A stretch of DNA of 63,885 bases, the filler included. It is 6 parts of 6 records of this genome, joined end to end, with 100 filler letters (N's around TTAATTAATTAA, not from the genome) between each part and the next. Parts side by side here need not be neighbours in the genome. Positions count along the whole stretch, not along the records: positions 57,723 to 63,885 come from DRR723986_10416; 5 more parts are not named here. The stretch is one strand, 5' to 3'. Both the position numbers and the translations under genes were made by a program. This document shows, in pieces, positions 57,723 to 63,885 of this stretch. Numbering within the stretch: the first letter of the stretch is position 1; every line of letters starts with the position of its first letter. Below the pieces are notes generated by a model, which worked only from the letters and a program-made list of their open reading frames with translations, made no database searches and was not told the origin of the DNA.

Positions 57723-57995
57723 CCCCTGATCCAGATTGCAGGCCAGCAAATCCACCGGTAGCAGGCCGCGCCATTTTAGTTCGTACAGAACAGCGAGCAG
57801 GGTATAGCTGTCCTTACCCCCAGACAGGCAAACCAGCCAACGTGGCGTAGACCCATCCGCTGGACGCTCGACCATACCATATTGCTCGATCGCTTCGCGT
57901 GCATATCGCACGATTCGCTTGCGCAGCTTTTTGAATTCCGTGGTCGAAGGAGCCCCGGCAAACAGCGGGTGAATTTCATCATGATCGTCAAACAT
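57723..57995 (-). CDS. ttcA: tRNA 2-thiocytidine biosynthesis protein TtcA (3' truncated)
   Basis: PP-loop [15 protein letters not shown]. Confidence 0.9.
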
Positions 57996-58108
57996 AGCGG
58001 GTCTCCGATTGGTTCGGGGCATATGCCACGTGCAACGGATGAAAGCAAAGACCTAGCGAGAATCCCCAGAAAATGGTACTTTTCGAGCTTTTGTAAGGGG
58101 TATTTAGA

Positions 58109-59044
58109 ATGGACTATTTCTTATCTGTACGCGGGCGACGGGGTGATGGTTATTCAAACAGAATGGGCGGTGCCAAGTATCTTGCCGTGCCGGACGCTGC
58201 CGGGACATACAGTCGACCCCACGAAATAAAAGTGACCCAATGGGTGCGCGATGTTCAGGCCGCGGCCGGGGCGACGGCACAGGACAAGGGCCATATCGTT
58301 GTGTTTGTGCACGGGTTCAATACCGATCAGTGGGATATGCTGGAACGTCATCGAAAGATCCGCAAAGGGCTTGAGGCGCAGGGATTTAAAGGCGTCGTGA
58401 TCAGCTATGATTGGCCCAGCGATGGCTCCGTTCTGGGGTATACGTCAGATCGACGCGATGCGCGGCGGTCTGCGGATTTACTTTTTTCCCATGGCATCAC
58501 ACGGCTTTCCAAACTGCAAACTGCCGATTGTGACTATAACATTCATGTCTTGGCCCACTCTATGGGCGCCTACCTTGTGCGTGAGGCGTTTGACTATGCG
58601 GATGATGACCATATCACCGCGCAGAAAAGCTGGACGGTCAGTCAGGTGGCGCTTGTTGCGGCCGATACGTCGTCTAAATCGATGAAGGTCGGCAACCCAA
58701 AAACCTCATCTTTGTTGCGCCACAGTACGCGTGTGACCAACTATTACAGCCCTTTTGATGAGGTGCTGTCGATTTCAGAGGTCAAGCGAATCGGGGTGTC
58801 CCGGCGCCTTGGTCGTGTTGGAATGCCTCAAGATCGGGCAGAAAAAGCCGTGAACTTGTATTGTGGAAAGTTCTTTAACGACAATCGGGCGGGATTCGGC
58901 GACGGCACAGCGATCACGCACAGTTGGTATTTCGACGCTCCGCGATTTTATGAGGATTTGTTTCACACGGTCATGGGCAAACTGGATCGCAAGGTAATCC
59001 CAACTCGAGGGCGTACTGATCAAGGCAATCTTGCTTTGATCTAG
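58109..59044 (+). CDS. Alpha/beta hydrolase (DUF900-like)
   Basis: VFVHGFN, YDWPS, AHSMG nucleophile elbow, AAD, RLG, HSWYF. Confidence 0.82.
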   Translation: MDYFLSVRGRRGDGYSNRMGGAKYLAVPDAAGTYSRPHEIKVTQWVRDVQAAAGATAQDKGHIVVFVHGFNTDQWDMLERHRKIRKGLEAQGFKGVVISYDWPSDGSVLGYTSDRRDARRSADLLFSHGITRLSKLQTADCDYNIHVLAHSMGAYLVREAFDYADDDHITAQKSWTVSQVALVAADTSSKSMKVGNPKTSSLLRHSTRVTNYYSPFDEVLSISEVKRIGVSRRLGRVGMPQDRAEKAVNLYCGKFFNDNRAGFGDGTAITHSWYFDAPRFYEDLFHTVMGKLDRKVIPTRGRTDQGNLALI

Positions 59045-59283
59045 CGGTCTTTGGCGTCCTTGGGGTCTGGAACGGGATCATACCCATCCGATCCCAATGG
59101 ATGACAGCGTCCAATCCGGCGCGCGGCCAGCCAACTGCCTTTGATCGCCCCGTGTTTCTCCAGTGCCTCTAAGGCATAGGCCGAACAGGTGGGTTGATAT
59201 CGACAATTAAACCCGACCCACGGACTAAAAATCAGCCGATAAGCGCGAACAGGCAGGGCAAAGATTTGGGCCAGCAGTGTCAT
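59041..59283 (-). CDS. yidD: Membrane protein insertion efficiency factor
   Basis: [27 protein letters not shown]. Confidence 0.95.
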   Translation of the reverse strand: MTLLAQIFALPVRAYRLIFSPWVGFNCRYQPTCSAYALEALEKHGAIKGSWLAARRIGRCHPLGSDGYDPVPDPKDAKDR

Positions 59284-59339
59284 AGGGGCAATCTAGGGAC
59301 GGCAGTTGCATAGAAAAAGCGGGTGCGACGAAAAAGGCG

Positions 59340-59768
59340 TCAGTCGTGCAGCTTGCGTAACGCGTATTTCAGGTCGTTCATCAGCAATTGAAACGGGCGC
59401 TCAGCAGTGTCCGTTTTTTTACCGATCAAAACATAGTCCCAACCGGGTTTGCCCAGATCAGGTATCACAAGACGGGCCGCTTCGCGCAGCCGCCGCTTGG
59501 CCCGGTTGCGCGCCACAGCGTTGCCGACTTTTTTCGAGCAGGTGAACCCAACACGAACGCCTTCAGCCTCGTCCGGCCCACGCTTGCGCGCTTGCACCAT
59601 CATCGAGGCCGTTCCCCGGCGTTTGGCCCGGGCGGCTTTCAGAAAATCAGATCGTTTCTGCAGAACCTGCATTGAGAGGCTTCTCTCAATATCTGGACGA
59701 ACGGAAACCGCCGAGGGCATATCCCCAATTTTGGCTGTGCCAATCTTGGGGGCCTTCGGCGGTGTCAT
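59340..59768 (-). CDS. rnpA: Ribonuclease P protein component
   Basis: RVGFTCSKKVGNAVARNRAKRRLRE; exact start uncertain. Confidence 0.95.
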   Translation of the reverse strand: MTPPKAPKIGTAKIGDMPSAVSVRPDIERSLSMQVLQKRSDFLKAARAKRRGTASMMVQARKRGPDEAEGVRVGFTCSKKVGNAVARNRAKRRLREAARLVIPDLGKPGWDYVLIGKKTDTAERPFQLLMNDLKYALRKLHD

Positions 59769-59791
59769 GTCCGTCTGAACAGTCAGAGAGC

Positions 59792-59926
59792 TTATGCGCT
59801 CAGCGACTTACGACCGCGTGCACGGCGGTTGTTCAGGATTTTACGGCCGGCTTTTGTAGCCATGCGCGAACGAAAACCATGGCGCCGCTTGCGAACCAGG
59901 TTGGAAGGCTGAAAGGTGCGTTTCAT
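59792..59926 (-). CDS. rpmH: 50S ribosomal protein L34
   Basis: Not in ORF track; hand-translated [44 protein letters not shown]. Confidence 0.97.
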   Translation of the reverse strand: MKRTFQPSNLVRKRRHGFRSRMATKAGRKILNNRRARGRKSLSA

Positions 59927-60224
59927 CGCTCCGTCTCCAATATGTCGATCGGGCGCGGCGTAGATTCGCCTTCCCGGGGTCTATTCGAAGCCCGTCCTCT
60001 AAAGCCAGAACGATGCCAAGTCAAACCCCGTGCCCGGGTTTTGTAAGCGTTTTGCAACAAATTCCGCCGAGGTAAACAGTGAAACGTTTCAAACCGTCGA
60101 ATTATTCCCAAAAACCTCACGATTTCGGGGGGCAGAGATCAAGGCCCTGTGAAGTCCCTGTTGATTTTACCGTGTAAGGCGCATGTTGAGGCCCAAGATG
60201 ACACACAAAAATCAATACGGTCCC

Positions 60225-60956
60225 ATGAGCGATTCTATGCAAATGCCCAAGCGCGGGTTCGCCCGTCACATTCCCTTGCTGGTGATTCTGGTCGCAGCCT
60301 GCGTCGGGTTCTTTACTCTGCGCGACTATCTCAGCTTTGAAACCCTGCGCGACAACCGTGAGGCTTTGTTGGCATACCGGGATGCCAACTATATCGCCTT
60401 ATCAGCACTGTTTGTCGGGGCTTACATCCTGATTGTGGCCTTTTCGTTGCCCGGTGCCGCTGTGGCGTCGATGACAGGTGGCTTTTTGTTTGGGCTTGTT
60501 GCGGGCACAACGCTGAATGTCGTGTCCGCCACGATTGGCGCATCGGCAATCTTTCTGGCTGCGCGCTGGGGCTTGGGTGCAACGTTGACGGCTAAGCTGG
60601 AAACCTCTGAGGGGACCATAAAAAAGCTCAAAGATGGTTTGCGGGAAAACGAGGTTTCGGTGCTGTTTTTGTTGCGCTTGGTGCCTGCTGTCCCCTTTTT
60701 CGTGGCAAACCTTGTTCCTGCGTTGGTTGGGGTCAAATTTCGCAACTATCTGATCACCACTGCTCTGGGCATTATACCGGGTGCGATTGTGTTTACGTGG
60801 ATTGGTGTCGGGCTAGGCGGCGTGTTTGATCGCGGCGAAACACCTGATGTGTCTCTATTGTGGGAACCTTTTGTGATTGGGCCCATTCTGGGCCTGTGTG
60901 TCTTGGCGGCGCTGCCGATTCTCATCAAAGCCCTGCGCGGCAAGAAAGAGGCCTGA
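60225..60956 (+). CDS. TVP38/TMEM64 (DedA-superfamily) membrane protein
   Basis: SLPGAA...GGFLFG, ATIGA, LRLVPAVPF; start uncertain (60183-60243). Confidence 0.88.
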   Translation: MSDSMQMPKRGFARHIPLLVILVAACVGFFTLRDYLSFETLRDNREALLAYRDANYIALSALFVGAYILIVAFSLPGAAVASMTGGFLFGLVAGTTLNVVSATIGASAIFLAARWGLGATLTAKLETSEGTIKKLKDGLRENEVSVLFLLRLVPAVPFFVANLVPALVGVKFRNYLITTALGIIPGAIVFTWIGVGLGGVFDRGETPDVSLLWEPFVIGPILGLCVLAALPILIKALRGKKEA

Positions 60957-60959
60957 ACC

Positions 60960-62378
60960 ATGGAGCAGATCAAAACGGATATTCTGGTCATTGGCGCCGG
61001 GTCGGGTGGCTTGTCAGTTGCTGCAGGTGCCAGCCAGATGGGGGCTGATGTCGTTCTGTTAGAGGGACATAAAATGGGGGGCGACTGTTTGAACTTTGGC
61101 TGCGTGCCCTCAAAAGCGCTGATTGCCAGTGGCAAAGCGGCCTATGGGCAATCACACGCTGCAGCGTATGGCGTTGCGGATGTGGTGCCGCAGATCGATT
61201 ACGCAGCGGCCAAAGACCATGTTCACGATGTCATCGCCCAAATCGCCCCCGTTGATAGCCAAGAACGGTTTGAGGGCTTTGGCGTTCGCGTGATTCGCGA
61301 ATTTGGTCAGTTTCTGTCCCCAACGCAGGTGCAGGCGGGGGATCACGTTATCACCGCGCGCCGGATTGTGATTGCGACCGGTTCATCGCCCTTAGTGCCC
61401 CCGATCCCGGGTCTTAACAGTGTGCCATACGATACCAACGAAACCATTTTTAACCTGCGTGACAAACCCGATCACCTGTTGATCATCGGCGGCGGCCCCA
61501 TCGGGATGGAGATGGCGCAGGCGCATATCCGGTTGGGCTGCAAAGTGACCGTGATTGAGGGGATGAAAGCCCTTGGCAAAGACGACCCCGAAGCGGCGGC
61601 CGTTGTGTTGGATGCTTTGCGCGACGAAGGCGTTGAAATCGTCGAGGATGCGCTGGCCGCCCAAATCCGGGGGCAGGCTGGCGCGATTGAGGTGGCAACC
61701 CAAGACGGGCGCATCTTTAAGGGGTCGCATCTTTTGATGGCAGTGGGGCGCAAAGCGAATGTCGAGTCGTTGGCGTTGGACAAGGCGGGGATCGAAACCC
61801 ACCGGGCCGGCATTCAAGTCGACGCAGCCCTGCGCACCAGCAACAAGAAAGTCTATGCGATCGGGGATGTCGCGGGCGGGCTGCAATTCACCCACGTGGC
61901 GGGCTATCAGGCGGGAATCATCATCCGATCCGCTCTGTTTGGGTTGCCGTCCAAAGCCAAGACATCCCATATCCCTTGGGCGACCTACACCGATCCAGAG
62001 CTGTCGCAAGTTGGTTTGACCCAAGCGCAGGCAAAAGAACGCCATGGCACGGCCCTAGAAGTGGTCAGGTTCGACTATCACCATAATGATAGGGCGATTG
62101 CTGAGCGTAAAACAGCCGGGTTTATCAAAGTGATGGTGGTAAAAGGGCGTCCTGTGGGCGTGACAATCGTGGGATATCAGGCCGGCGAATTGATCAACTT
62201 GTGGTCGTTGGCTTTGGCCAATAACCTAAAGATGAGTCAGGTCGCTGCGATGGTGTCACCTTATCCCACGATAGGTGAGGTAAATAAACGCGCTGCGGGG
62301 GCCTATTTCACACCCAGACTGTTTGAAAATGAAACAGTGAAACGCGTCGTTAAATTCGTCCAACGCTGGATCCCCTGA
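60960..62378 (+). CDS. Flavoprotein disulfide reductase (dihydrolipoamide dehydrogenase-like family)
   Basis: GAGSGG, GGDCLNFGCVPSK, GGGPIG; C-terminal PYPT instead of HPT. Confidence 0.88.
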   Translation: MEQIKTDILVIGAGSGGLSVAAGASQMGADVVLLEGHKMGGDCLNFGCVPSKALIASGKAAYGQSHAAAYGVADVVPQIDYAAAKDHVHDVIAQIAPVDSQERFEGFGVRVIREFGQFLSPTQVQAGDHVITARRIVIATGSSPLVPPIPGLNSVPYDTNETIFNLRDKPDHLLIIGGGPIGMEMAQAHIRLGCKVTVIEGMKALGKDDPEAAAVVLDALRDEGVEIVEDALAAQIRGQAGAIEVATQDGRIFKGSHLLMAVGRKANVESLALDKAGIETHRAGIQVDAALRTSNKKVYAIGDVAGGLQFTHVAGYQAGIIIRSALFGLPSKAKTSHIPWATYTDPELSQVGLTQAQAKERHGTALEVVRFDYHHNDRAIAERKTAGFIKVMVVKGRPVGVTIVGYQAGELINLWSLALANNLKMSQVAAMVSPYPTIGEVNKRAAGAYFTPRLFENETVKRVVKFVQRWIP

Positions 62379-62393
62379 TCGGGAAGGGACTTT

Positions 62394-63779
62394 ATGCTCA
62401 ATACGCTGTCTGGCCGATTTTTGATCCTGACAACGGTCTTTGTAATGCTGGCCGAAGTTCTGATTTTTGTCCCGTCCATTGCCCGTTTCCGCGAGGATTA
62501 TCTGCTCAACCGCCTTGAGCGCGCGCAAATCGCGTCGTTGGCGCTGGAAGCAGATGATATGTTAGAGGCAAAATTAGAGGCAGAGCTGTTGAAAACAGCG
62601 GGTGTCTTTAACGTGGTTCTGCGCCGTGATGAAATGCGCCAGTTGATGCTGTCGTCCCCGATTCCGGCTGCGATTGCCGACACCTATGATTTGCGCATGG
62701 CGGGACCGTTTGTGTTGATCCGGGACGCTGTGCAGCGCCTGTTCACCCCAGAAAATCAAATCGTGCGCGTGATCGGCGAGCCGGTGCGGGATGCCGGTCT
62801 GCTGATCGAAGTCACGATGGAGACATCACCACTGCGGATGGCGATGATCGACTACGGGTTGCGGGTCTTGTTGCTATCCGCGGTCATCTCGATTTTCACC
62901 GCCTCACTGCTGTTCTTTGCGGTGCGCATCTTTCTGGTGCGGCCAATCAAAGGTGTGGTTGGCTATATGCAGCGCTATGCACAGGCACCCGAAGATGCAC
63001 GTGGGATCATTCAACCCTCTGCTGGCGTAACTGAACTGCGCGAAGCCGAAGAAGCTTTGCAAATGCTACAGACGGACCTAACGCAGGCCCTGAAACAACG
63101 CGAGCGTCTGGCGCAATTGGGCGGGGCGGTGGCCAAGGTCAGTCACGATTTGCGCAACATCCTGACCTCTGCCCAGTTGTTTACGGATCGGATCGAGATG
63201 AGCGAAGATCCGTTGGTACGACGGATGGCTCCCAAATTGGTGAATTCGATCACCCGCGCGGTCTCTCTTTGTGAAAGCACATTGGCGTTTGGCCGCGCCG
63301 AAGAACCTGCACCAACCCTGACAATGTTGCGGCTCTATGATGTGGCGGATGACGTGGTCGCCAGCGAACGTTTGGCCATCGCAGAGGCCTGCGTGCAGAT
63401 TCGCAACGATATCCCCGTGGATTTGATGGTGCGCGCAGATCCTGAACAGATCTTTCGTGTCATCATGAATCTTGTGCGCAATGCGCGTCAGGCTTTGATC
63501 GCCTCAAACAAACCGGGCGAGATTTCAGTTGCTGCGTGTGAGATGGGGGACGAGTGGTGCATCGAAGTTTCTGATACCGGCCCAGGATTGCCCCTGAAAG
63601 CACAAGAAAACCTCTTTACGCCTTTCGAGGGTGGGGTGCGCAAAGGCGGCTCAGGTCTGGGTTTGGCGATCTCTTCCGAATTGGTGCGCGGGCACGGTGG
63701 GAATTTGTCGTTAAAGAGCACAGGAGCGGCGGGAACGACCTTTGAAATCCGCCTTCCACGAGGGGACGGAACTTTTTGA
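62394..63779 (+). CDS. Membrane sensor histidine kinase
   Basis: Two TMs, H-box SHDLRNIL, NLVRNA, DTGPG, GSGLGL. Confidence 0.93.
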   Translation: MLNTLSGRFLILTTVFVMLAEVLIFVPSIARFREDYLLNRLERAQIASLALEADDMLEAKLEAELLKTAGVFNVVLRRDEMRQLMLSSPIPAAIADTYDLRMAGPFVLIRDAVQRLFTPENQIVRVIGEPVRDAGLLIEVTMETSPLRMAMIDYGLRVLLLSAVISIFTASLLFFAVRIFLVRPIKGVVGYMQRYAQAPEDARGIIQPSAGVTELREAEEALQMLQTDLTQALKQRERLAQLGGAVAKVSHDLRNILTSAQLFTDRIEMSEDPLVRRMAPKLVNSITRAVSLCESTLAFGRAEEPAPTLTMLRLYDVADDVVASERLAIAEACVQIRNDIPVDLMVRADPEQIFRVIMNLVRNARQALIASNKPGEISVAACEMGDEWCIEVSDTGPGLPLKAQENLFTPFEGGVRKGGSGLGLAISSELVRGHGGNLSLKSTGAAGTTFEIRLPRGDGTF

Positions 63780-63799
63780 AAGTTTTTTGAAGAATCGAC

Positions 63800-63828
63800 T
63801 TGCACCTCCCCCGCGCTAAGTCTAAATC
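63800..63828 (+). promoter_or_regulatory. Putative sigma70 promoter of tRNA-Arg
   Basis: TTGCAC, 17-nt spacer, TAAATC, 10 nt before the tRNA. Confidence 0.5.
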
Positions 63829-63838
63829 CTGCCTCAAC

Positions 63839-63885
63839 GGACCGATAGCTCAGCTGGATAGAGTACCTGACTACGAATCAGGGGG
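63839..63885 (+). tRNA. tRNA-Arg(ACG), 3' truncated by window end
   Basis: GGACCGATAGCTCAGCTGGATAGAG D-arm; anticodon stem CCTGA-CT-ACG-AA-TCAGG. Confidence 0.93.

Noticed and set aside
60960-62378. Mercuric reductase merA or true lpdA
   Set aside because: No C-terminal Cys-Cys, no NmerA domain, no mer genes; lacks the HPT-x-x-E catalytic His of Lpd.

Overview
This window is not one locus. It is six contigs joined by artificial 100-nt N/TTAATTAATTAA spacers. (1) 1-19548: GC-rich gammaproteobacterial housekeeping DNA (Halieaceae/Cellvibrionales-like by inference) with secY-rpmJ, the alpha operon, purT, uvrA, ssb, moaB/moeA, fabA/fabB and manC-galU-manB. (2) 19649-32746: a probable FCB-group bacterium with two paralogous GT-C membrane glycosyltransferases flanking ligA, bshC, a response regulator, a LEA-2 lipoprotein, a CNNM/CBS protein and a T9SS-sorted C25-like protein. 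(3) 32847-42263: the most notable part, a compact headless contractile phage-tail operon (sheath, small tube, chaperone/tape-measure-like fusion, tube initiator, hub, gpV-like spike, PAAR). It lies behind about 1 kb of non-coding DNA opposite a TPR regulator-like gene and looks like an atypical contractile injection system, probably from the same genome as contig 2 (both are enriched in GTTAAC). (4) 42364-50478: gammaproteobacterial SRP RNA-dnaX (with a candidate -1 frameshift site)-ybaB-recR-rnd-ycgL-ycgN, then VWA/MoxR genes. (5) 50579-57622: Rhodobacteraceae-like nucleoside ABC transporter with a RutR-like box, DUF2461 and a GMC oxidoreductase. (6) 57723-63885: Rhodobacteraceae-like ttcA, DUF900 hydrolase, yidD-rnpA-rpmH, DedA plus flavoprotein disulfide reductase, a histidine kinase and a partial tRNA-Arg(ACG). 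All family assignments come from motif recognition by eye; no database searches were run.
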